64,000 nt of DNA from Blastocystis sp. ATCC 50177/Nand II (Eukaryota). The notes beneath the pieces were generated by a model. That model saw only the letters and a list, made by a program, of their open reading frames with translations, was not told the DNA's origin and made no database searches. Shown piece after piece: positions 36,599-49,611 of this stretch. The translations under genes were made by a program, and so were the position numbers. The stretch covers positions 806,001-870,000 of the forward strand of contig JBBPEE010000035.1 in the NCBI GenBank assembly GCA_039096935.1. The letters are read 5' to 3'. How positions within the stretch are numbered: position 1 is the stretch's first letter; the number at the start of each line of letters is the position of its first letter.

Positions 36599-39273
36599 AT
36601 GATGATGGACATGGATACGGTCATCATCTGTTGTGTCATTGTGTCGGTGCTGCTGTTGCTATTTCCAGCACTTACGTTGTATAGAGCAGGCGTTCTGCTG
36701 CTGCTTTTTGCGGTAATCAACTGTGCTCGTCCTTCATCCACCGTCGTCTTTGCCAATGGAGATTCTGCGAGTCAGGTACGTTTTCTCTTTCTCTGCTCAT
36801 CTAGGTGCTTGACTTGTCGATGGTTCGGAGCAATGACGTGTTGAAGCTGCAGCGAATGCCGAAGCATTCATCCTTTTCAAAGCTCCTTCGTGAGTGTGTC
36901 TTCTTCGTAATCATAATTGCTAGTTTTGGATCCTACGGAAGGATGTGGATGACGCCGCAGTTTTTCGACCGGTTGGTTGCTACTGCAATCGTTATTCTGT
37001 TTTCATATCATAATAATTAGATTGAAGTACGGAGTAATGGACGTATTGGCATTGTCAAGGACGATCAGATGGTTTCCTTCCTCACAGAGATCGTGTATGC
37101 GTTTTCCAAGCAATCCACATATAGTTCCTATCGGAAGGATGGCAATGACTTCGGAAGTGCCTATCTCTGCGTTCTCTACCCCCAATCCTTCCGGTACGTT
37201 CCTCCCACCTCGTCGATCATAGCGCGGACGTGTGGAAGACGCTTCTCAAGATGAGTCCCACGTTGGACAATTCCCTCTTCACCACACAGACCCGCGCCGC
37301 CTATCTCTTCGAGGAGCCCGTCGCACGTGAGCCTTCGCCATCCTCCGCCGTTTATCCTCCTGCTCGGCTCTCCAAGAAGCCGCACATTCCCCCGATGGTA
37401 AGCGATGTCGCCTCCACATTCACCGGCTCCTATCATAACTCCGTTTCGTCGATGCGTGAAGAATATGGCGAGTATGCCATCCCCATACGTGCTTCTCCTC
37501 CCCCTTCCAACACCCGCTTCTCCTCTCCCCCTTCCAACACCCGCTTCTCCTCATCCCTTTCCAACACCCGCTTCTCCTCATCCCTTTCCAACACCCCCTT
37601 CACTCCCAACACCCGCTTCTCCTCTCCCCCTTCCAACACCCCCTTCACTCCCAACACCCGCTTCTCATCTCCCCCTTCCAACACCCCCTTCACTCCCAAC
37701 ACCCGCTTCTCCTCACCCACTCTAAAACCCAAATCCACTCTCCACATTCCCTCTCTCAGCGAAGCCGTGTCCTCTCTTCAACTCTCCCCCGTCGACGAAA
37801 CCTTCTTTTCCCCCGCACGACGCACGCGCGAAGGAAAGCGGGAAAGAACGGAAACGCTGCGTTCTCACAACTCCCGTGACAGCATGCCCTCACCGCAAGA
37901 CTCGCCACAGAGTCTCGTGGGGGTTTCCAGCGTAGGCCACACCAGTCAGCGAAATCTGATCGGCGAGGACAAGACGCGATGTCGGTTTGCGGAAGTGTCG
38001 CGGAGTGGTGGAAGGAGGGCGTGATGAGCGTAGGCACGCAGAACCAGAAGAAGCTGGAGTGTTTGCTGAACGACTGGCTAGACGCCAACTGGCGGCAGGA
38101 GTATGTGCAGGGCATGCTGGCTCTGGCGGGCGTGGTGGTGATGACGGTGGAGAAGAGAGAAGACAGGAGAGACGTGTTGTATATCCTCTGTGTCGTGTTT
38201 TGCACCCCTTCACCAAACCCGCGATTATCAACCACTACTACACATCACTGCGCGTGTCGAATAAGGAGGTGTGGGCGCTGTCTCGCATCGCCTATCACCG
38301 CTTCCTTCTCCAGTTCTACTCCCCCGCGCTGTTCAGCTACCTGCAGTCAATCCAGGTGGAGGCAGAGCTGTACGTGTGGGACTGGTTCTCGCAGCTGTTC
38401 ATGGGCGTGTTTCCGCTGCAGCAGAGCTGCGTGATTCTGGACATGCTCATTTCCGTCGGCAACGACGATTTCGTTCTGGTGTGCTTGTCCGTGGCCATTG
38501 TGGATGAGATGCGCGAGATGATCATGAGAGTGCTTCTTTCCCTTTTGCGTGAACCATAGAATGATTTTGAAAGGGTCATGTCCTTCTTCGCCGACATGAA
38601 AAACAACATCCCTCTGGTCGATTTCAACGCCGCCATCGAAAAGGCGCTCCACATCTACACGACCATGCCCAAGGCCGTTTGGAGGGAGTTTCGACGCGTG
38701 GACGAGATGATCAGCAATCACGTGATCACCGAGCAGTTTGACTATAGCAACTATGTCCCCATCATCGACCTTTCTCCGAACGAGTTTCTTACCCTGCGAA
38801 CGAAGGACCTCAAGCATCTGTTAATCATCGACGTGCAAAACTGCCCATACTCTCACACATAGTGCTTCAATGTGCTCAAGACACGCACAGAGGCGCTCTA
38901 CGGCGTGAAGGGCGCAGAAGTGATGAATGTCCTTGTTTGCGTCTGTGATAACGCCTAGTTCACCGTGGAGGACTTCTCAGGCCACAGCCACCAGCAGCGC
39001 GTAGCATTCCGGCCTTTTCCGTTATTGCTAGCTGAAGGACATCTTCCAGTCGCTGGCAGCCTATCACTACAGACTCGTCATCGTCATCGTGGCGTAATGA
39101 GCAGCGGGAGCGGTGAACGGTAGACCGACGGAGAACGAGGGCAGCTGCCACGCGCTGCTGGAGGCGTTTCGAGTCCATGGCTTCGGGCGCGTGTGTCTGT
39201 ACCGCGTGAGAGAGGAGGGGAGGAATGAGGCGTAGAGCGTGGCTCTGTGCTTGCAGTAGTGTTGTACCCTATC
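36599..39273 (+). CDS. TBC-domain Rab-GAP with C-terminal rhodanese-like domain (TBC1D23/TBCK-like architecture)
   Basis: PQSFRADVWKTLL, IGEDKTR, YVQGM, YVWDWFSQLF, LLIIDV, HGFGRV; TGTTTGTT at 39278. Confidence 0.75.
37491..37717 (+). repeat. Coding minisatellite with 27-bp and 45-bp units (PPSNTRFSS / PPSNTPFTPNTRFSS)
   Basis: Direct reading of the sequence and ORF 37230. Confidence 0.9.
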
Positions 39274-39348
39274 CTGGTGTTTGTTGCAATCATCCCGCGG
39301 AAGGGATGAAGGGATTGCTTCGCCGGACGGAGAGAGCGCAGTTAAGTA

Positions 39349-39679
39349 ATGGAAGGAGAAACGGAGCAAGAATCGAGCAGCTGTCTGCGCATCCCTGTGG
39401 TAGCCGAAAACAAGGGTCTGCTGCTCTTGATCACGAACTGCATCATTCCAGGTACACGGAGCTGGGAGTGTGCCATATAGGTCTGGGGACGATGTGCGCA
39501 GCGTGCATGGAAAAGGAGAAGGATTCGTGCGACTATGGCGTGTTCATGATCGGCGTTCTTCAGTTTATTCTCGGAGCGCTTCTCGTGGGCTATGTGTGGA
39601 GCATCGTGTGGGGCGTGATGATCTACAAGAAATCGAAGCCGGTCATTCGAGTCGTTACAACTGGAGAAAACGCGGGCTG
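39349..39679 (+). CDS. Stum/SPEC3-like small membrane protein; stop probably TG+A
   Basis: TNCIIPG|LGTMCAAC...GVLQFILGALLVGYVWSIVWG. Confidence 0.75.
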
Positions 39680-39785
39680 TAACTCTTTGTTGATAATCAG
39701 GAAACCACTGAACGCTTTTAGTTACACTGAATGAGCATACATAAACAAACCACAAAAAGATTACCACAGCGCACCGGAGACCAGT

Positions 39786-40316
39786 ATGACGCCAGGGAAT
39801 AGCAACGAGCACTTGACAGGTAAGGTGCAGTACATCCAGGAGAATCAGGGGTTTATCCGGTGCCAAAAGAAGGTATTCAAGAAGAGGGATGTGATATTCT
39901 TTACAATAGACGTCGCCGTGGAAACGAGGCGGCGACTCCAAGTGGGTTGCCACGTGATGTTCCATATTGTTTGCGACTCGACTCGGAGGAATTGCAAAGG
40001 AATCGATATCACCCATTGGGCCATGATCGATGCGATCATCGATAATGACGCTACATGCGACCCGGATAGAGAAGTGTGCATATCCAGCGCTTCCTCTACA
40101 ACAGCAGACAGTTCATTCAGCGAAGACTCCGATTCCCAGCCCGTGGACGTGTTTTCCAATTCCCTGCCACTGGGTCTAAGTGAATACGATGTAATACAGA
40201 GGCGAAGGATCATCAGTGATCTCTATTCCACCGTGTACGAATCGCTCTACAAGACGGCGCTGGTAGCGATCACCAATCAATCCTCCCCATATCGCTCCTG
40301 CTGGGACATTTCGTAG
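39786..40316 (+). CDS. Cold-shock/OB-fold-like domain protein
   Basis: TGKVQYI...GFIR...IFF...LQVGCHVMFHI pattern. Confidence 0.55.
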   Translation: MTPGNSNEHLTGKVQYIQENQGFIRCQKKVFKKRDVIFFTIDVAVETRRRLQVGCHVMFHIVCDSTRRNCKGIDITHWAMIDAIIDNDATCDPDREVCISSASSTTADSSFSEDSDSQPVDVFSNSLPLGLSEYDVIQRRRIISDLYSTVYESLYKTALVAITNQSSPYRSCWDIS

Positions 40317-40558
40317 GAGCCGTAGTTTTTTCTTAGTTTCTGCTGCCGTTTTTTCTTCTTCCTTGTGTTTCTTGTCCCAAACCATGCAGAACACAACGAT
40401 GGAAGGAGCAGAGACAGTACGCACCAAAAACTGGTGCACTCAATCGCCGAGATTCGTTCTCCTGAGTGTTTTTCAGCTCAAACTCGCTCTTTTCTTGGGG
40501 GAAAAACATAGATTCGCGATCTTTTCCTCTTTTAGGATTGCTAATCGCACATTTCATC

Positions 40559-42433
40559 ATGGACGTCGTAGTCTCGTTTTTGCAGAGGAGGCTCGGGGAA
40601 AAGGAGTCGAGAAGCGTCATTTGCTACCTGTCCGCCGTGTTGATGCTGTCCATCGTGACTTTGCTCAACTACTTCTATTACAATGCCCTCTCTCCCCTGC
40701 TTTCGATCCTCGCCAACGAGTACAGGTTTAACGAGGAGCAGAGAGATTACATGCTTGGTTTGCTTCCGTACGCCGGCTTCACGCGTAGGCAGTCGTCTGA
40801 ACAGCATCTTTTTCCTCGTCGGCTGCCCCTGCTCGCTCCTCTTTTCCTTTATTGCGGATTCGCAGAACAAGAAGCCCATCTTCATCGGCATTTCGCTTGC
40901 CTGTCACATGTCCTCCTTTCTGCTCCAGTTCTGCTCCTCTTACAGCGTTCTATACTGCTGGAGGGGCTTGTCAGGCGCTCTAATCACGTCCACCATGCCC
41001 ATCTTCCTCTCCATTCTCGGAGACATCTTTCCGAGCAGCCTGCGGTCGATTGCGTCCGTGATCTCGTCGGTGGTCGTGGGCTGCGGCATGCTCCTCGGCC
41101 AAACCATCAGCGGCTTCCTGAGCGCTCACTTCGGGTGGCGCTTCTTCTTCCGCATTGTGTCGGCCGTTGGCATCCTCGCTACGTGCTCCCTCTTCTGTGT
41201 GTCTCGATGCGCCGCATTACGAATAGACATTCGCTTCCCTTCCAAGGGCGAGGCCGACGGAATGAAGCAGGTGGCAAAGGACGACACGGAGCCTCTCAAG
41301 AGCCGGGATTCCGAGATTAACGAGGAAGTGCTGGAAGAGTCGATGGAACTCGAGGCGGAAACCATCCGCTCAGATGCGTCCATCCTGAAGTACGTGTTCA
41401 CCATTCCCTCCAACATGATGCGTGCGATTGCGTGCCGTGTCTGATCCGTAGTGTTCCTGCAGGGACTTCCCGGAACGATGCCGTGGGGAGTGTACACGAT
41501 CTATCTGCACAACATTCTCTGTACGGAGAAGAAGATGAGCATCGACATGGTATGCAATGCTGTGGGTGTCAACCGCAGGCCTCGACCCTGATTCTCTCCT
41601 TTGGAGCCGGAGCGGCCGTCGGCAGTGCAGTCGCCGGCGTCATCTGCGGATTCTTGTAGATGCGATGTGCATGTCTGACAGCCAGGTGTTCCTTCAACAA
41701 ATCGCTTCTGCCCGTTGCAGTGGCCGTGTGCTACTTCGTGTCCCTGCCACTCATTTCCTCCATTTTCACGCTGCCCCAAGATGATGGCATGATCACCTTT
41801 GCACTTCACATGTTCATCCTCGTGCTCATCGGCCTGTTGTTGAGCATTCCCGGACCATGCATCCGGACGATGCTGATGAACGTAAACCGGCCACATTGCC
41901 GATCGACCGTGATTGCGATCAGCGAAGTGTTCAACAATATCGGGCGCATTTTGGGCCCCGTGTTGTTCGTGTACTACTGCCAGTAAGCGAATGGATGGGG
42001 AGTGAGACAAAGGGGGAAGAGTCGAATCGATGCGATGATGGTGATTAGCGAGTTCTTCTATGTCGCGGGCGGAATCTGCTGCGTTCTGTACTTCACGTAC
42101 GAACGAGACGAAGAGGTGGTGATGGAGTTTATTCAGGGCGTGATGAAGGAGTTGAACCGGGATGCCGAGAAAACCGCGGGAATGGATCGGACTTCGCTGG
42201 ACGGTCAATTGACGGAATACGAAGCGATTTCGCCGCATCCTGATTCCGACGCGGATAGGGGGTTGGGCCTCACGCCGTCGATGTCGATGGAGTCGTTGCG
42301 TGCCGCGGGCGAAGGCGTGAACGTGATGATTCGGAAGGTGAAGAGTGCGTTGGACGAGTTGAAGCGGAATTCCTTCAGGGAGTCTGAAGCGAAGGGGGAG
42401 GAGGCGCCGTTGCTTAGCAAGACGACAGTTTAG
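40559..42433 (+). CDS. MFS transporter (Spinster-like)
   Basis: FIADSQNKK motif A, ILGDIFPSSLRS, GMLLGQTISG...GWR, NVNRPHCRST, GRILGP; TGTTTGTT at 42443. Confidence 0.85.
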
Positions 42434-42765
42434 TTTGCGAGGTGTTTGTTATTATGAAGGGAGAGTGTTTTGAGAGAAGAGAGGATTGGATTGGTGGGAG
42501 GGAAGAGAAGAGGGTTGAATTGGTGGGAAGAGAAGAGGGTTGAATGGGTGGGAAGAGAAGAGGATTGAATGGGTGGGAGATATTATTACTCCAAAAGACA
42601 ACACTTGTATTTGGTGGAAACACAGAAGAGAAGGAAAAGCAGAAGGAGGAGGAGGAAGAGAAGAGGGAGAAGATACAAAGGGTTGAATTGGTAGGAGGAG
42701 GAAGAAGAGGGAGAGGGAAGAGGAGGGGGAGAGAGGTTGAAGTAGGAGGACTCGGCAAGGCGTGA

Positions 42766-43843
42766 CTACCGGTAAGAAGAGAGAGAGAGTAATACGGAAA
42801 GACGAGGAGATGGGGAGAAGATAGTTGCGAGGATGCATGATTGGGAGTCCCGTTGCAAGGCCGAGAAGATTTGGTTGTGGGCATGTCGGAAGAGGGATGC
42901 CAATTCCTACTGCTGAAGAAACACATCGAAAACGACTCGAAGACGACGAATCGCAGAGGGGGATTCCAAGTCCATGGAAATGTGCGTTGCTGTAGCGACG
43001 GACGAACAGAACGCAGAAAACGGATAGTTGTTTCCACGCGCAGAGGCGGGAAGCAGATTTCCTTCCTGGCTGAAGAAACGAAGGTACAACAGAAATGCAG
43101 AGCCGAGCGTGGACGACTCGTTCGGTTTTCTCAGCACAAGAAGACAGTAGAGAACGGAGAGGGGAATGAGGAAATGCAGGTCGTCCAGCACGACTCGGTT
43201 CTGAAGCAGGTAGTAGTGAATCACCGCATATAGAGGACGAAAGAGGACGTCCTTCTGGCTCTCTTGGAGAAAGGAGGAGAAGGAGCCATCGCATGTCGCC
43301 TCCACACGCACCACCAATCCCACTCCCGTTTTCTATATGTAATGATGTCTAGATGAGGATACGGAGTGCATTGCTTCGATGTAACGAGCGGAACTATTTC
43401 CGACAACTTGAACATTGTAAAACGCATTTGACGCACTGAGGGAAGCATAGACGCGATTCTCGCAGGACAATTCGTCCCCCGCCTGCAAAGGCGAAACGAT
43501 GAAATCCACATTGCTATTCGGCAGCATTCTACGATCAAAAGCAAATGCAATGACCCACAATCCAGTGGTGGCACTCCCCACTCCAATCCACTGTCCAACC
43601 CCGTCCACAGCCGAAAGGACAGTGGAAAAGTCATCTCGAAGGATGGTTCTTGCCCGTTCCTCGAAACGATTCAGCGAAAGCCAGCTGGATAGGCAGAGCA
43701 GCTCTTCCTCCAACCGCTGGGCAGGCTCCATCATCCGGAGCCGTCGCTGCGCCTTGTATAGCCACTCGGGAATGGAATTCTATGGCATCACTCCTGCTCT
43801 CTACTCCTGCTTCATCCAGCACTTGCGTGTATTGTTCTTCCAT
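42766..43843 (-). CDS. TRF4/TENT4-like nucleotidyltransferase-fold protein, probably catalytically inactive
   Basis: Spliced: RLEEELLCLSSWLS...GSATTGLMLPNSNVDFIV, LFRPLYAVIHYYLLQ, LGSAFLLYLRFF. Confidence 0.6.
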
Positions 43844-43884
43844 TCCTGCACAATTCCCACAGTCAAATGCAAAACAGACCCACT

Positions 43885-43965
43885 TCCAGCAATTCACTAC
43901 AAAACCCTATACACCTCCAGCAATTCACTGCAAAACCCTATACACCTCCAGCAATTCACTGCAAA
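43885..43965. repeat. 31-bp tandem repeat, about 2.6 copies, intergenic
   Basis: tccagcaattcactRcaaaaccctatacacc at 43885, 43916 and 43947 (partial). Confidence 0.85.
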
Positions 43966-44029
43966 AACCCACCCACGCCCAACAACTAAATACAAAAAAG
44001 AAACACACATACAAACTACAAAGCTAAAA

Positions 44030-46008
44030 CTACGACTTGATGGTTGCGCCATCATTCCCCTTCTCGGACCGCAGCGGCGACATATTCCCTCCCTCCGTGA
44101 CAGGGGTGATCATTGCCACAGCCGACGACGACGTGTGCACCAACTCCACCACCTCGCTGTTGATCGGCTTCGCATTGCCCGACAGCGCCGGCGACACCGT
44201 CACGTCCTTCACGCCCTCCGGCTTGCGCACTTCCGAATCGAACGAGTACTTCATCGGCGCGAGACAGCCCGCGGTTTCACGCACAAGAGCAGGTTGAAAG
44301 GAGATGGGCATCACGGGCGCGTACGGCGTGTTGAACGGCTCGAACGCCATGGCGGGCCGCGGCAGCTCGCTCGGGACGAACGGCGGGGAGATGGCGGGAA
44401 AAGTGGCCTCCTGGGAAACGGAGGGGTAGATGGTGGAGGGGCAGGAAAGAGCGGGGTTGCAGCTGTCACGTGACATTGCGCGGGAAATGGGAATCATGGC
44501 GGGAGCGGGGTAGAACGAGGCGGGATACACGTCGGAATAGGGACAGGGCGAGGAGGAATAGGCGCGCATCAGGTCATCGGGACAGACCGGCACAGAATAC
44601 CCGTAAGGGACACGATCATTGGGTCGAACGGCCACGGCGGGGTAGGAATACGCGGCGGTCTTGGGCGGGAGAATGGCGGGAGAACTCTTGGTGGCGCGGA
44701 TTTTGGTGGGGTGGCGCGCGGGTTTGAAACTGGCGGCAGGAACCGGGTAGGAAGACGACGAGTGGGAGAAGGAAGCGCTCTGCACGCGGGAGAGACCGGC
44801 GCGACTCTTGGACTACGGGTGAGGCGAAGAGGAGGAAGCGACCTTCACATATGCGAAGTACTGAGGGAAGAGCCAGGTGCGATGCGTCGATGTCTTCATT
44901 ATGCACTGGCTGGAGAAACTGTCCCATTCCTCGCGGGAGAAGGTGCCCTCCGTGCCGGTGTCGGCCGTTTCCGTGCTGACGGAGGACATGCAGGAATTCG
45001 TGTTCATCTCCACGTCCGGCTGCACACCGCAGACGATGGAGTAGGGAGGGACGCTCGTGCTCTTGGCAGCGTCCTCGTCCGCCGCCCGCGCCTCGTGCGC
45101 GAATGCACATTGCCAGGCGGTCTGAACGAAGCGAGTGAAGAGATCGCGGAAGAACACAAAGTACTGCTGGCTGTTGACGTTCGCCACGTGCTTCGCCGTC
45201 GCCACGTGCTAGCGATCATCATCGGGAAGAATGCCCACTTCGAGGTAGTTATTGAAGGCGACGCGACACAGCTCGCAGTTGCGTGTCTTGGACTGCTTCT
45301 TCTTCACGTTCCGTTTGAGGTAGGCTTCCTTCCAGGTCGCATCGCCGATGCGTCCCTCTTTGCGAGCGTTCACGTCGCTCTGCAGGTGATACAGCTTCCG
45401 CTTCAAATCGTCGTACATTCTATGCATGAACGGACACGTTAGGATACACTGTTTCCACAATGACTGCGGGATGAACGGAGAGATGCCCTGCGGACAGTCG
45501 CGGTTGAAAAACGGAGGGTAGTACGACTCTGCATCCTGTGGGTGAAAAACAATACGAGCAACGACGAGACTGACGGATTTGTAATGGCCGGTGAGGTCCT
45601 TGATGACCATGCTGCCGCGGGCCTGGTTGTACTGGCTCTGCCTGGGAACGTCTCTGCGGATTACGAAACAGAAGCAGACGAACGGGGTATGCTGGACGAG
45701 GGGATAACCCATCTGCATTTGCACGTTCATGCAGAGCACGAGAAGGCCTGCTGTTAAGAAACGGATTTTGTTGGGCAAAAGGATATGCTCAATGGGAACG
45801 ATGTGCTTTTGCTCCATGATCGCACGCCGCATCAAACTGACGTGGTACACATCCGTGTTCTCGACGGGAACGGAGCTGTTCGGAGGGATGGAGCCCCCAG
45901 ACAAACACGAGGCGCCATTTGAACTATTCATTATGCACAGGACATGAAACCACCCAGAAAGACAATATATAAAGTGAGTTACATTCGCTGAGTATTCATC
46001 GACAACAT
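44030..46008 (-). CDS. Dbf4-type zinc-finger protein with Pro/Ser-rich tail; start uncertain
   Basis: Across a 30-nt intron: CELCRVAFNNYLE|HVATAKHVANV...YF...DLF (motif C-like); VIKDLTGHYK (motif M-like). Confidence 0.6.
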
Positions 46009-46358
46009 CCTACGGATTATCGAGCAATAGTATAGAAGGAACATATCCACACCGACGGAGGACGGATTTCAGTTCATTTACATCGACTCCGTTGTTGTAT
46101 CCAGCAATTTCGTCGATGAACAGCACCATACTTTTCTTTGATGCACTCAGCATACGTGACTGTCAAGACGAATCAAATGAACCGATCGGGCCTGTTGCTA
46201 TTCCTATCTATGGCAAAAGAAAGACGACCGATTGTGCGCCACAAATCGAATCGATTTTGATCTCTTTCGTACGAAATAGGGTCCGTTTTTTGGAGCAGAG
46301 TTACGCTTTCGAGGCAACTGCAAGTATTAGGCAACGAGAAGCGTGTTTTGTTAAAGAA

Positions 46359-47076
46359 ATGAGCGTTGTCACGGACAGCATGATCGTACACTGCTTCGAC
46401 ACGATCATCAGTGATCTGAAGCACGTGGATCCTCCCAAACCCGAGTATGACACGTCGCAGCAATAGTGGGCGTGAAGGACTGCACTCAGTGATAGTGGGA
46501 TCTTTGTGACGTGGAAGATCCACAAGCGCGGCGAGCTGCAACTGCGTGGATGCATCGGCTGTCTCGTGCCCATTCCTCTGACCGAGATTGAGCACTACGC
46601 GCGTGAGAGGTTTGTCTCTTCTCTCTTCCTGAGGGCTAGTGCGTTCAACGATTTTCGGTTCGATCCCATCAAGGAAAAGGAAATCCCCTCGCTGCAGTGT
46701 TCCGTGTCTCTGTTGCATTCCTTCGAAGATGCGAAGGATTACAAGGACTGGGAGGTGGCATTGCACTATGGGACTTACAGGTAGGTCGGGAAGCACGGAA
46801 TCCGCATCACCTTTTATCACGGAGGACGTGCGTATCGGGCCACGTACCTTCCCGAAGTGGCTCCGGAGCAGGGTAGTTGCAAACAACAAAAGTGAATTGC
46901 AGGATGGGACCGGGAAACGACCATTCGACACCTCATCGAGAAGGCGGGATGCTCCTACGACGCATCAATCCTCCCATCTATCCAACTGCAGCGCTACCAG
47001 ACAGAAAAGAGGACGATGCAGTATGAGGAGTATGTGTCCTATATCCAGTCCAAGGGACGTCATTCGCTGTTAGAGT
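46359..47076 (+). CDS. AMMECR1: AMMECR1-domain protein; stop probably completed by poly(A)
   Basis: FVTW, LRGCIG, DFRFDPI, CSVSLL, GKHGIRI, ATYLPEVAPEQGW, RYQTEK. Confidence 0.92.
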
Positions 47077-47219
47077 TTCCTGTTTGTGGATAGAAACGAG
47101 CTTTTCTGATGAATTCTGCTTCTTGTGAATAAGCGTTGCTGTTAGACTCTGATGCTTGTGAATGCAAGCAAGCTTGATGCTAAACTCGCCTTAATGAAGA
47201 CAAACAAGCAACAACTAAA

Positions 47220-47801
47220 GTGATCACACCCCAATGAACTCAACACTCCCATCACTCCTTCTTCTAGCAACCCCAACACAGAGCAGCAACTCATCAATGA
47301 GAATGGCCATTTCGGAGTTCTCTCGCAGATCCATCAGCGCCTTCTCCTTGTTGTCGCTCTCCATGATCTTGACGATGGCTCGCTGGAGGAATGGCTCGTT
47401 CAGCAGCTCCTTAATGCTCTCTAGAGGGAATCACGCCCTGACGGCACAAACCAGACTCCTTGATCCGCTGCAGTCTTTCTTTCGATATCAAGTTGCCCAG
47501 AAGATCGGAATTCTCATCCGAATCCACATCGGAAGCGTCCTCCCCACTCTCCTTCTGCGTTGCTTGTCCAGCAGTATTGCTTTCAGTTGGCGCTGTGCAC
47601 TGCGTCTAGTCACTGATTCTCACCCTCATCCCCCACTTTGTGAACTTTGAAGCATGCCACGCTGCAGTAGGGGGCTCCACACTTCGGACAGCGATACCTA
47701 CACTGAAGAAGCACAATCGGACCCTACTTTGACTCCTGTTCCTTGCAGACGACACACAGCGGTTTGGACTCCTTCTGTGAAGGGGATGGCTCTGTTTGCA
47801 T
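47220..47801 (-). CDS. HIT-type zinc-finger protein (ZNHIT3/Hit1-like)
   Basis: CVVC...K|YRCPKCGAPYCSVACFKVHK followed by a helical C-terminal domain. Confidence 0.8.
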
Positions 47802-47895
47802 AGATTCTGTTAATCTCGGAATTGTCAGTTCCGCGGTTATTCCGGAGATCCTATGTTCTGCCAATTATTCCTTTATCCTCCGGTAGTTTAGTCCC

Positions 47896-49392
47896 ATGAA
47901 ACAGTAAACAGCTCCATTCTTTCTTGACAGTTAGGATCAAGAACATTTGCTGCGTCGGCGCTGGTTATGTGGGTGGTCCTACGATGGCCATTATTGCTCT
48001 CAAGTGCCCCGATATCACGGTCAACGTGGTCGATCTGAACGCGCAGAGAGTGAAGGAGTGGAACAGCGAGAGTCTGCCCATCTTCGAGCCGGGTCTCTAC
48101 GAGATCGTGAAGCAGGTGCGCGGAATCAACCTGTTCTTCAGCACCGAGGTGGAGAAGTGTATCGCCGAGGCTGATATGGTGTTCTTGTCTGTGAATGTGC
48201 CTGTTCCCCTTCTCCTTTATGGGTAGACTCCCACCAAGACCTTTGGCATGGGAGCTGGCTGCGCTGCCAATCTGCGTTACCTTGAGCTGGCCGCCAGAAC
48301 CATCGCCAAGGTTTCTACTAGTGATAAGATTATTGTAGCCCAACTCTTGTGATGAATAACCCATAGGTGGAGAAGTCGACTGTGCCGGTGAGAACGGCCG
48401 CGACGCTTCGCCGCATCTTCGCGGAGAACAACAAGGAGTTCACTCTCGAGGTGATCAACAACCCCGAGTTCCTTGCCGAGGGAACCGCGATCAACGATCT
48501 TCTGCACCCTCACCGCATGCTGATCGGCGGCGAGAACACGGAGTCGGGTCAGGCTGCCGTGCAGGCTCTCGCGGACATCTACGCTGTGTGGGTGCCGCGC
48601 GATCGCATCATCACCATGAACACGTGGTCTTCCGAGCTGTCCAAGCTCACTGCCAATTCTTTCCTTGCTCAGCGTATTTCCTCTATCAACGCAATCTCTG
48701 CGGTGTGTGAGAAGGTGGGCGCGGACGTCTCGGAAGTCTCTCGTGCCATCGGCGCTGACTCCCGCATTGGCAGTCGCTTCCTGCAGGCGTCCGTCGGCTA
48801 CGGCGGCTCCTGCTTCCAGAAGGACGTGCTGGACCTGGTGTACCTGGCGGAGACGTACGGGCTGCCGGAGGTGGCGGAGTACTGGAAGTGGGTGGTGCGC
48901 ATGAACGACTACCAGAAGGAGCGGTTCGCGCGTCGCGTGATCCACGACATGTTCGACACGGTGGCGGGAAAGCACCTGGCGATGTTCGGCTACGCCTTCA
49001 AGAAGGACACGGGCGACACGCGCGAGACGGCCGCGGCGTACGTGAGCAAGATTCTGCTGGAGGAGCAGGCGCACATCGTGGCGTACGACCCGAAGACGAC
49101 GGAGACGTCGATGTACATGGAGTTGGAGTACACGTGCGGCGTGAGCGAGGCCACCTGCCCGCAGCTGAAGAAGGACATGCTGATGGTGAAGGACCCGTAC
49201 GAGGCCGCGAAGGGCGCGCATGCGATTCTGGTGATGACCGAGTGGGACATGTTCAAGGACCTGGACTACGAGAGAATCTACGCGGACATGCAGAAGCCCG
49301 CGTTTTTGTTCGACGGAAGAAACATCCTGGATCACGCGAAGCTGAGAAAGATCGGTTTCCAGGTTTACGCCATCGGAAAGCCGGTGAACTAA
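47896..49392 (+). CDS. UGDH: UDP-glucose 6-dehydrogenase
   Basis: [70 protein letters not shown]. Confidence 0.97.
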
Positions 49393-49611
49393 GGCGCTGT
49401 GGAGGAGCTTGACGGTTTGTATTGGTTTGAGCTCTTTCTGTTTGTTCATACCTTCTACGTGTTATACAGGTGCTGCAAGTTCTATTTGGGGTGCAACTTC
49501 CGAAAGCTCTACGAGTTGTACGAGTGAGGATACGTTTCCGTACAAACACGAGGGCATTATTTGCCCGTGTTATTTCAGTATTACGTAGTTGGACTGGTTT
49601 GGAACGACGGA

